Origin: Vermamoeba vermiformis
Taxonomy: Eukaryota
Assembly (NCBI GenBank): GCA_045837725.1
Contig: JBEWZL010000266.1
Location: forward strand, 496,001 to 560,000
Direction: 5' to 3'
DNA: 64,000 nucleotides
The notes under the pieces were generated by a model. The model made no database searches. It had not been told where the DNA came from and saw only the letters and a program-made list of their open reading frames with translations. The position numbers and the translations under genes were made by a program. Each line of letters starts with the position of its first letter. Position 1 is the first letter of the stretch. Shown piece after piece: positions 1 through 11,223 of this stretch.

Positions 1-289
1 ATGACAGGTGTCGCTCGGTATTTATAGGACGCTGTTGCCCGAGATTGATTTGTAATTGTAATATTTAGATCAGTAATCTAGCTTTGCTAACCGACCTGGC
101 AATTCTATTCGGAGATAATAGCGCCGTGGAGCCGATCCCACCCTCTATTATCAGGTTGAAACTTTTATGGTAAAAGCGTGAGTTAGTTAGGGAACAAGAC
201 GATATCCGTTCTTAATCGTCAAAGCACTAACGACGTCTTTTTTTGGATTTTTGATCTTATTGTCTGTGTGATCTTACAAAAGAAGCATC

Positions 290-3200
290 ATGTCGCAAAT
301 CAAAGTAGTACCATTAGGTTTGTCTACAAATATACGTTCTGTAATCATCTGACCTTGTGTGATGAAGGTGCTGGACAGGATGTCGGACGAAGCTGCGTAG
401 TCGTCACAATTGGAAACAAAAATATAATGTTTGATTGTGGTATGCACATGGGGTACAACGATGAAAGGTAAAGAGTTGGCAATACAATTTGCGACAAGAT
501 CCGAGTTATAAAAATTACCAAAAAATACCAAATTATTCTAAAATACAAATTATAGTTATATATGGTGCGGGTATAATATTTAGACCTTTAATTAAATATT
601 TGTATAATTATAGGCGGTTTCCTGACTTCAGTTATTTGTCGAAGAACAAAAATTTCGATAACGTCATTGATTGCGTTATTATCTCGCATTTGTATCCTTT
701 AAACAATTATTACAATCATATAATTTAATATTATCATTCGGTTATGTTGTTTTACCTTCACTTTGCTAACAATAGCCACTTGGATCACTGCGGCGCGTTG
801 CCTCATTTTACAGAGATGTTAGGGTACGTTTAATTCCTCGAAATTATCGTTTAAATATTAAAATTGATGTAAATACTGTATTTAGGTACAATGGACCCAT
901 CCTGATGACAGTAAGAAAAAATCAATCGTTAGTCGCTCGTATCATGTCATTTAATAGTACTTATATAGCATCCCACGAAAGCTATATGCCCTATATTATT
1001 AGAAGATTACAGAAAAATTACAGTAGAACGCAAAGGCGAGACGAATTTTTTCACCTCGCAAATGATCAAAGATTGCATGAAGAAAGGTACGTCGGGAGCT
1101 TGTCCAAAATCACCATAATATCAATATTATCGCATATTTTATGCTTGCAAATGCGAGTTGTTGTATTAACCTAATTTGATCCAAAGTTACCGCCGTGAAC
1201 ATTAACGAGACCACGGAGATTGAAGAAGATTTTGAAGTGCGAGCTTATTACGCGGGACACGTAAGTTTTAATCCTTTTGTCAATATTTATACCAAGATCG
1301 ATCGGTGGTGCGCTTAGTGGTGAGATTCGCGATCAGTCTAAAACAGATTCTGTGAATCTGGTGAGAACGCATCTCAAACAAATCAACAATAATTCAATGA
1401 AACGTTTATTTTGAGCTAATTAAGATCGCGCAACCCTTTGGGCTTCGAGTCCAAGGGCTGTTCGTCTTTTGCACGACCACGTGTGTTCCGACAAATTTCT
1501 CTCAACAACGGTGCTGTAGTTTAACGGGAGAATCCCTGTCTTGGACACAGGAGACCTTGGTTCGACTCCAAGCAGCGCCTTTATCTTTTTGCCCTTAATA
1601 CTGTTTTCAAGGAGCACCCGTCATGATGGTGATCGGTTAAGCAGCTCACGCCAAAGAGATTTTTTTTGGCATAATTAGGCTACAAGTTGTGAGAAATTAC
1701 TATGAAAAGGAAACCGATCACCACCGACGAGAGAACTGTGCAGTTCGTTGCAGCCAGAGTGTTGTTTCGTCAAACTCAATTCCCTCTACCACGTTGTCAA
1801 ACATGAGTTTATCTTATCCTGTGTTGCCGTACTCTAATCATACTGATTGCTCGCCTTTCTCTTTCGATCTGCCGACCTGACTTGGTCGCGCCCTTTCGTC
1901 CTGTCCCCTCGACGGACCAGTGAGGGCCGCGGTCATCAAACCGACCTTAGCTCAGTCGGTAGAGCGGAGGACTGTAGTGAAGCATCAATCCTTAGGTCGC
2001 TGGTTCGATTCCGGCAGGTCGGATTCCTCTTTTTTGCCGTGCGCAGCTTCTTTTGCAAACGGCCTCGTCATCCTAGAGCAAAGCCGCCATGGGCAAGAGA
2101 TTGCTTTAATTTTTTTTGGCTCCGGATATTCATCTTCATCATTTTTGTTACCGAACAACTAGGTTTATCTTGGTTCAAACCTTGTACTTGGGTACCGAAG
2201 GAGACAGCCGAAAAAACGGCCTGAGACTCGTTCTTTTTGACGACTTCGTTTGTTCTCGGTTGCTCGCTTTCAAGTGAGGGGGCGTAGCTCCAACGGTAGA
2301 GCGGCGGATTCCAGGTCCGATGGTTGCGTGTTCGAATCACGTCGCCCTCATTACCTTTTTTTTGCTTGACCGCTGATTAGTTTGTCATCAAGTCTTCGTT
2401 TTTCTTCGTCTGCCGATACTTTAAACGAACTTTTTTTTGGCCTCGATCTGACCTATGGCGGTTATGGTAGTGCTAGTTACTCAACTGGTTATTAACTATT
2501 TGTTATCGAATAGGTACTTGGAGCTGCCATGTTCTACGTGCGTGTTGGTTCGCAGAGCGTGGTGTACACAGGTGACTACAACATGACTCCTGATCGCCAC
2601 TTGGGCGGTGCTAGCATTGAGAAATTGCGGCCCAATTTGTTAATTACTGAAACTACGTAAGTAATATGCATCAATGATAGGTTTATCGTGCTTCCATGAG
2701 ATAATATTGCTGCGCCACATTTTTTTTGGGATGTGATCCGGAAATTTGTACTGAGCATTCTACAATAGGTATGCAACAACTATTCGAGATTCAAAACGCA
2801 TTCGCGAGCGAGATTTCTTGAAAAGAGTGCACGAGACAGTCGAGAAAGGAGGCAAAGTCCTCATTCCTGTCTTCGCGCTTGGTCGAGCTCAAGAGTTGTG
2901 TATTTTGATCGACGCATATTGGGAACGTATGAATTTAAATGTTCCTATTTATTTCTCTGCAGGTATGATTTTTTGCGGTTCGTAACGGATGCAGATCGTA
3001 CTAACAGCACTTTAGGCTTAACCGAGAAAGCCAACTTGTATTATAAGCTATTCATCAACTGGACCAATCAAAAGATTAAGAACACGTTTGTCAAGCGAAA
3101 TATGTTTGACTTTAAGCACATCAAGCCGTTCGAAAGATCTTTCGCCGATCGACCTGGACCAATGGTTCTATTTGCAACTCCGGGCATGTTGCACGCTGGT

Positions 3201-4725
3201 ATGAATATAAAACTATAATATAATGCTATTTTATCATTATTTTCAATAACAATTTTGACAAAAAAGATCTTTCAAACCTGCGCAGATCTACTTTGCGCAA
3301 TTTACGGATACCTTAATAATAGATAGAACTAACCCGCATTATAATATTAGGCACATCCTTGGAGGTCTTCAAAAAATGGTGCACAAGTGAGACTAATATG
3401 TGTATATTACCTGGCTATTGTGTGGTCGGAACAGTCGGCAACAAAATTTTAACGCAAAGCAATGTCGTACGTAAACTTATCAATTTTATTTCACCACCAC
3501 GACTAACTCAATACGAAAAAGACTATTGATATCGATAAGAAGACTAAAATTGAAGTTAAATGTCAAGTCAAAAGTTTGTCGTTCAGTGCTCACGCGGATG
3601 CGAAAGGCATTATGCAATTAATCCGACAATGTTGTCCTGATAATGTCATGTTAGTACACGGCGAGAAGGCTAAAATGTAAGTACTACAATAGATATCATA
3701 TTAACGAAATATTATCGATAAAAGATCTAACCTTTATTTTTCAGGGAATTTTTGCAACAGAGAATCATCAACGAATTTAAAATTCCGTGTTATTCACCTG
3801 CAAACGGCTGTACGCTAGTTATCAATCCAGCTTCAAACAGAGAATCAATTGCAAACATGATTCCAGTCGAGGCATCAAACTACTTGATTGAACAGCAATT
3901 TGAACATGATGACTTTGATGACGATTGTTATGAGGGGCCTAGAGGCATCGGAGATTTCGAGGATTTATTCAAGTCAGGTACGTACCGAAAGTGACACGTG
4001 GCACTCGATATTCTTCACAAATTTGAATATCGTGTCAACTTTTTCAAAATCAAGATTGATTTCTAACGTACAATATTATGCAGAATTTTGGGAAACAATG
4101 ATGGAAGACGCTGAAGATGATGAAAATCTCGTTCATGATCTACCGACCGGTGAACTGACAGCGCCAATCAACGCTGTAATTGTAGCAGACAAACCTCTCG
4201 ATGACACGGTACGACTACTTAGACTTATGACACGTGTCATTCGTTCAGTGAACGGAGAGATACACACGTGTCATTACTTTTTGCAAGTGTAAAAATGTCA
4301 TTCTAATTTCTCATAGAATGTCAAGCTCAAGTTGTTAGACATCAACGAGGCGTCAAGAGAACTTGGTGTGCCTCAACACAGTTTGCGATTCAACAGCACA
4401 GTGACTTTGAACCACCCACTGGATAAACCAGCGTTACTAAACAAAATTGAGGAAGAGCTGAAAAGGTGAGGGACGAAAATTCTATTATGAAAATTATTAA
4501 TCTGATTGTTTTACAGCCAAAAACTCCGCGATAAAATATCCGAATTTGACGGTTCAATTTTTCTGCGGTCGATAGAATTCAAATTGCATGAACTTGCTCA
4601 AAACAAGATTAAAATGTCATGGTTGTATGAAGTAAGTGCTATCGCGATATGATTAAAAATATATTAATATTTATTAATAGGACGAGGATTTGGCTGACTT
4701 TATTTTATCGTCCCTAAGTCAATAA
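290..4725 (+). CDS. INTS11: Integrator complex subunit 11 (CPSF73-like metallo-beta-lactamase/beta-CASP nuclease), multi-exon
   Basis: Spliced translation gives [73 protein letters not shown] and C-terminal SWLYEDEDL; GT-AG introns. Confidence 0.93.
692..775 (+). other. U12-type (minor spliceosome) GT-AG intron in INTS11
   Basis: 5' site GTATCCTTT, branch-like TTACCTTCAC about 14 nt before AG; removal restores ISHF/HLDH. Confidence 0.8.
1296..1470 (+). ncRNA. Unidentified structured Pol III-like RNA candidate
   Basis: A-box-like GCTTAGTGG, B-box/T-loop-like GCTTCGAGTCC in a CCCTT/AAGGG hairpin, helix CGCGATC(1328-1334)/GATCGCG(1424-1430), hairpin CAGATTC/GAATCTG, ends in TTTT. Confidence 0.45.
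1510..1580 (+). tRNA. tRNA with UGG anticodon (nominally Pro), atypical body
   Basis: Full cloverleaf: GGTGCTG/CAGCGCC acceptor, CCTGT-CTTGGAC-ACAGG anticodon arm, CTTGG-TTCGACT-CCAAG T arm, downstream T-run. Confidence 0.85.
1619..1729. ncRNA. Long hairpin / possible box C/D-like RNA
   Basis: Perfect 12-bp inverted repeat TGGTGATCGGTT(1627-1638)/AACCGATCACCA(1712-1723), closed by CGTC/GACG; inner CTCAC/GTGAG and GCCAAA/TTTGGC stems. Confidence 0.35.
1941..2023 (+). tRNA. tRNA-Tyr(GUA) with 10-nt intron (1978-1987)
   Basis: CCGACCTTAGCTCAGTCGGTAGAGCGGAGGACTGTAG[intron]ATCCTTAGGTCGCTGGTTCGATTCCGGCAGGTCGGA is a canonical eukaryotic tRNA-Tyr; T-run terminator follows. Confidence 0.97.
2278..2350 (+). 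tRNA. tRNA-Trp(CCA)
   Basis: Cloverleaf with loop TTCCAGG and the Trp-typical GGTTGCGTGTTCGAATCACGT; T-run terminator follows. Confidence 0.95.
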
Positions 4726-4774
4726 ATTGATGCTTGAAGAATAAACCGAGCAAAATACTTGATTGAATCATAAA

Positions 4775-7745
4775 CTATTTGTTGACCTTTCGTTTAGCTA
4801 AGAAATATCCACCAAGAGCAACGCCAATCAAGCCGGCAATAGCAGCACCAACAAACATCGTTCTCGTTTGACCAAACGTTGACCAATGCTTTTTCGCTTT
4901 GTCATTACGATAGCTATTAATCCGCTCCACGAGTTGTCGCTCTGCTTCTTGTTTCAGCTCTTCAACTGGTGCGCTCAAATCAAATTTAAAACCGAAGAGG
5001 GCAACCAATGGGCCCCCAACGATTGCCTCTCGTATGTTTGTCCTGGTAGGGAGTTTTTTTAGCGTTTCTTCGAAAAATTTGAGTTCGAGCTCTTTTGTGA
5101 TCAATTTTTTGTTCTCTTTTGCTACTGCATGCAAGTACTCTTCTTTCGATGAAAAATTATCTGGTGAGAGCTTCAGCTTGAAAATGCCGTAAACAACGTA
5201 ACAGTCTAATTCTTGGTGAACTACGGACATGTCTTCGGCTGGCAGCTGTTTTGTGCATGCGGATAAACACTCCTCAATTATAAGTTGGGCAAATATGACG
5301 TTAAAAGGACTTGGCTTCGGGTAAGGTGATGGCGACGCGCTCATTTTGTTGTATAAATTGCGTACTGTCGTTAATAGCATGTCACATAGTAGTTTGTCCT
5401 CACAGGAAATTTTCTGAAATTTACGTTAAAAATTGATTTCTTGGAGAATTTAGTTATACTGATTACCTTCATAATGTTGTATTCATCAACCTTGTGGGCA
5501 ACACTTTGACACCCGCGATGAATCATCATTTCGTTGAGAGCAGCTAATCGGAGCCTAAATTACGGTTAATAATTAAGTAGTAAGTAAAGTATTTGATTTG
5601 ACGAACTTAAGCAATATCAGAAGGCAGTGGAAGTTAAAGTCTTCTGTGGTTTGATATTGTTCTTGCGGATCTAAAATTCTTCGCATAACTGGTTTTGTCC
5701 AAAACTCGCCGTTATCAATTGGCCGCTCAATAGAGACTATAAATTTTTTAATTACATTCATTTTGGCGTAAAATTAAGGTACTTACAATATTCCAGTTCG
5801 GCCAGCAGGTGAACGGCCCATTCATACTACAAATTTTAAGGTTTGGCTCGAGCTAACAAGGAAAAAAAACTTACGTTTGCAAAAGTCAGCTCGACTAATT
5901 CGTCCGCATGAAGTTTGACGAAGTACAAGCACCGTTCATGAAACCAAGAGTCAATGATATTCTCGGCCACATTAATTTTTTCAAGCCACGGCATAGTTCT
6001 GAAGCCCTAGTATTACGATGTTAGATTTCAATTGAAGCACTTTGTTGATTCGATTAAATTTACTGGAATTTGTTGTTCGATGCTCGGCGCGACTGCTTCC
6101 AGAAGTTTGTCAGCCTGTTTGATTTCTTCATCCGTAGTTCTATTGCGAAAATAGTTATTTTAATATTTATAACTTTCTCTGCATTAAGGACTTCGGCAAG
6201 CTAATTAAGGCGATATGACATCATTTTAAAAGTTCGCTGGTCCGTTGGACTTGCTTTGTCTTCCACTTACAGTTTTCGGAACGTTTCTACGGAGTTAAGA
6301 ATCATGCGAAAATATTCCAAGTCCGCAAGGTCTTGGCTTTCAATCGTAATTCTGGTTTCTGGATGTGGAACGCCATACGACAGCAAATAGCAGAACGAAG
6401 GCAGAGAGAATGGAGGCTTGGGCAAATTCCTATCAGAAGTGTAATAGTAGGGAGATTTCTTCGTATATTCCTCGTCGGGGATCGCGATCAGATGCGAAAC
6501 AACTAAACAGGAATTAGGGGAAGATTTTAAACTAAAATGATCGTACTTATTTCCGAGAATAATCGGAGTGACATTTTAGGCTGCTCTTTGCTCTGTTGAT
6601 ACTTAAGCAGATCGAACTCAAACGGATGTCCTCCCATGTTAACCGCCACTTCGTCTTGGAACAGCGAGATCGTTGCGTGTAGGCTTTTCAAATTTTTTAA
6701 CGGCTGGTCATCACTATTCTTCGTAGCTTCATAAACAAGATTTCCATTTTTGGTAAAAAACAATGAATTCCTTGCGAAGTTGATTCCAAAGCCCACTGGC
6801 TCAATAATTTTTAATTCAATAGCAGAATAATAATAATATAATACGTTACTTACGTGTATCTCCCACTTCAACAGCGGTTCCTACAGCGCAGATCATCGAA
6901 AAATCGCATTCCAGAAACACATCTGGAACTGTCGATATTCCGTATGAGCTTCTCGCTGATCCGACATATGATGAAGATCCTTCTAATGCCCCGCCAATGA
7001 TGGTGCACTGTAATTCAAAAGATCTGACGTTGCGTTATGAATTGGGGAGTTTGGGGGGGGTGGGGGGCCCCCCCTACTTTGTAATCAAAAACAAAATGTT
7101 TAGGTTTACGTACGGAGGTATCTTTAGAAATTCGACTTCAAAGTAAGCCGTGCTGAAATTGCCAATAGGATGAGGGTACAAAATGGTATCGCTTTGCACG
7201 ACCTAAATGATTGATTAGTATTGCAGGATCTCGATCGGGATAGTGTGAATTAGAAATAAGTAAGAAATGAACTCACCGCAGCAAAGCATAGTTCATCGAG
7301 CTTAGTATAGTCCATAGGCACCGGCAAGCTTTTGATTTGATTTTTCTCAATGCTAACTTGTTGAGATCTGTAGGTACCGATAAATTTCGCGTTGCGAAGC
7401 TTATCTCGAATGTATGACGCGATTCTGAACTCTTTTTTCCACTCAATGCTTTTTTGTACATTATTTTTCAGAATAGCGCCATGTCTGCCTTGAACGGGCG
7501 TCTCTAAAATTCGTAATCAGATCAATAATTTAATCCGAAAATTCCAAAAAATTACCTAATGCACCCCAACGGAATATTTTACGAGCTAGTTGTTCCCAAA
7601 GGCCATGTTGATCGTCAAACAATTTCAGATGCGTTGAATTAATACAATAGAAATTGATTATAGTTGACGTTGGGCAATATAACAATAGATCGACTAATAT
7701 TTCGTGAGGGACGAGCGTGAATATCGATTGCGTTGAGGTATCCAT
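4775..7745 (-). CDS. F-box-like/SPRY-domain protein with C-terminal membrane anchor, multi-exon
   Basis: N-terminal FTLVPHEILVDLLLY (F-box-like); SPRY motifs AYFEVEF, VGFGINF..LFFTKNG, VNMGGHPFEFD; terminal hydrophobic helix followed by KRKVNK. Exon joining is inferred. Confidence 0.6.
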
Positions 7746-7904
7746 TTGAAGAGTCAAAAAATCGAGTGACCAGATTTTTTAAGGCAGCTTAAGTCTAGTG
7801 TGAGTTCACGTAAAATAGTGATCACTATGGAAATTTCACCTTGTAGACGATCTGTATTTATTCGACTATGATGTTCCATTGACTTCAGTTTAAATTTATC
7901 GGAT

Positions 7905-10900
7905 CTACATGTCGTTTTCAATCTCTCTACTTGCTTCAGCTTCTTCTACTAACCTCTTTAATCCTTGAATATTTTGAGGCAATAACCGTTGGTGCATCAA
8001 GTAGCTTTCAACAACGTCAATCACCCTATTTGGACAATCAATCATCGCTTGCAACAACTCAAGTTGATTTGGCTTAAGCGCTGAGCCAATGATCGGCTTG
8101 CCAAAGTCAATTTCGAATTTGAACGCAGTGTCCACTAACACTCGAACCAGCATAAATTTGTCAATATGGTGGGTTTCTCTGTTTAAAACGTCAAAATGTC
8201 AAAGTACGAAAAAAAATACTATGGCACTTACAGATGCTTAAATCTTTGTAACAGCGCTGGAAATGCTAGTTCTGACTTAATCATTCCCAATAAGTAGATA
8301 GTATCAGTACTTTCGTCGTCTAACAGCGCATCAACTAAGAATTTTGGAGTTGCCTCACAATAGTGCAGGTAAACCCTCGCCAAACCAGCCACAATCGAAA
8401 GAGGCGACACACCTAGAAAAAAAATATCAGCGAAAGAAATCGTTAGTAATTTCTAGGTACCATTAGCTTTGAATTGCTTCCATTGGTCCAAGAAATATTC
8501 CAAACATTCATCACGTGGCGCTATTCTTGGGTACAAATAGCTCAGCGACCATAACATTTCGCCTTTAGTGGACCAATCGGAGTTCTTTTCGATTGCTTGT
8601 TTGAGAACCGGAACTGCTCCGAGATCGACTGCCTTGTCCAGCAACGGCAAAATTTTACACGCTTCACTCACACCTATTATCATATTCAATTAAATCCAGC
8701 AATCTTAGTTAACGAATATTTGCACTGGCAGTGCATTATTTGAAGCACTGAGCGGCGGTACTTACAATGCAAATCATCGCCCAGCAACAGCTTGAATATA
8801 ATGTGTATATCTTTCTTCACAAAAGTGTGTATTTGATGCACGTATCCAGCGAATTCGTCTTGGCCTGGATTAGGATACATTTCGTTGACATCGTAGTACT
8901 CTTTTTTGTATAGAAATTCTTCGGGGTTGAAGTACAACATGCTTCTAATGAGCCTTAGCAACGCAGGGTTAATGGTGCTGGAGCAGTCCAGTATTTCCAT
9001 CAAAAACGGAACAACGTGCGGAGCCACTAATTCACGATCCGTGAGTGAACCCATCCAGACCGGGATCTTACCTGGAAATAATGACCCTTGGTGCACTACG
9101 TTCGAGTATATTATGCTAAGTCCATCATTCTGCGTATCATGATTCCTACTCGCTAATTTTCTGATTGCGTCAGGTACTTGAATCGCTGGTCCATAAGCGT
9201 CTTGTAGCTCTGACCAATCAACTTTGTCTAACCCCGCAAAAGTAGGATAGTTTTTAATTTCGCTAGTACTCTTATCTGCGAATATTGACAATGATTAGTT
9301 AACTGCAGTCTTGTAGGTGGATGTGGATCCGCGTAGACTTACTTGCCAAAAACTCTTGAAGCGAAGCTCTTTGGTTGCATGATAACCCATATGTAGATAG
9401 TTTTTTTTCAATGCCTTCAATAGACCAAATTTTGTTCATCTCAACAAGCTGCTCTAAAGATCTGACGACGAACGGCTGTAGTTCCGTTACTTTCATGCCT
9501 GGCTCAATTTGTCCGTTCAAAGTAACCTCTAAGAACAAATCGACGCCTCTGATTAAGGTTGTCATGCTCTCTTCATGAGCATCAAGATGTTGCAAATGAA
9601 TGATCGCCTGATCCATAAACCAATCGATGACCGGTGTCAATTTCGGAACAACCTTGCCTATATAACATTATTATATTAGTGTTTGCGTACCATCGACTAT
9701 TCAAAAAGCGGTACGTACTTATAATATTGATCAACGAGTGGTGCTTGAACGGAATAGAGCTGAGAAACTAAATGTTAACGAATGAAACTGCTTATCATTA
9801 AAGTAAATATAGTTAAATATGTATCAATGCGTCTATTGATGCTAATCGAATGAAATTTACCTCCAGATCTGATCGTAGTACTTCTGAAATTTTATATAGT
9901 CAGCTAATGCTGTAGCGACTGCTTGGCTCGACTAAAAGTTAAATCGTTAGTCTTATTTTCCACATACTATCGATTATTACCTTCGTAAAGCGGCGACTTG
10001 CAATAAAAATCGAGGCAGCTAGTTTGGCGAGGGATGGATCTGGCGTCGCCAAAAACTTCTCCGTCGTGAGTGCATGTAACTTAATATTATCAGCAGCCAT
10101 TCGATTTTCTTTTTTGTAAAGCGCCAAAAGTGCACAGGCCCTAAGAATCCGAATATTATTAAAGGTCAACTTAAAATCTTTCGCGTGGGATCTACTTACC
10201 GGGTCTGATCGTCATCGTATTTTTCCGAAATTTCCGTTAATGTTTCCAAAATGATGTTATCACTATCGGTAGAGTGCACTTTCAAGCTGCTCATTAAATA
10301 GCAACAGCCTTGAATAAACTTCGGGTCATCTGTTCAAAATTAATACGGATCTCTGGCCAAGCCGGGATTACAAATTTGATAGAATTATTTGCTTACCTTT
10401 TTTGTCAATTTGGTCGATTATTTCGTCGAGATGCTTGTAAGTTGAATCGGACAATCGGTAAAGTGGAGTAGTCCAGTCCATCTCATTTTTTCGACCATCC
10501 GTTACCAAATGAGTAAGATCGATCATTTCTGCGCAAGAAGGTAAGCTTGGTTCTTCAAAAATCAAATATAAAACAATACGGTACCTGAAAGAAGGGATCC
10601 TTTTTGTAACGCATCCGAAACTAAAATTTCGAAGACCGAGTTGTTCACTACAACATTAATACTTAATTCCTCGCAATATAAATATTTTTGTATGCCTACC
10701 TGTCGCAAGCAAATCACAGAGCAATTTTGTGTTCTCGCCCACGCTTTTTAATCGTTCAAAAACGGAGCAAAAATTAAAGATCAACGATTTTCTAGCGACC
10801 GTTAAGTCTTCTTCGCTTTTGCTGGTCTTTAAAGTCTGTAATAAATTCGGTACTAATAAGAAAAACAAAATTAATTTTAAAAATTTGAGGATTGCATAAT

Positions 10901-11220
10901 TATTAATAGTTTACGAAAAGACTATTATTAATAAAAAAAACGCAACGTCTTACTATTTTTTACCCAGTCTCCAATGTGTCGATACTTCTTCCAAGTTTTA
11001 TCTGATGCAATGCTACTGCCAATGTCTTGTTGCTGCATTTTGATGGTGTACTATTGTAACCAAGGGATCCCTGTTCGATAATGTCTACAATGAAGAATAA
11101 TGATCGTGAAAAGTACCGTTGGGAACTTTCATGAAAGTCCCGATTTGGCAACTTGTGATTTCTAGGAAATAAATTAACTAACCCGCCAGGTTTACATTGC
11201 GTTACACCGATAGATAACAT
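7905..11220 (-). CDS. HEAT/ARM-repeat helical protein, multi-exon (5' end uncertain)
   Basis: Consecutive minus-strand helical exons separated by short introns; contains LDKVDWSELQDAYG..VHQGS..VPFLMEIL. Confidence 0.5.
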
Positions 11221-11223
11221 TGC

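Noticed and set aside
1344-1360. CAGATTCTGTGAATCTG resembles the P4 hairpin of the CPEB3 HDV-like ribozyme
   Set aside because: No P1/P2/P3 pseudoknot or catalytic C context could be built around it.
1623-1729. SECIS-like ATGA..AA..GA pattern
   Set aside because: Intronic location, and the 3' GA is out of register for the quartet.
1420-2340. Short ORFs across the tRNA cluster
   Set aside because: Spurious translations of RNA genes inside an intron.
290-4725. Genome-wide reassignment of CCA or TGA
   Set aside because: Conserved prolines use CCA, and TGA terminates other genes in the window; no in-frame TGA noticed at conserved Trp sites.
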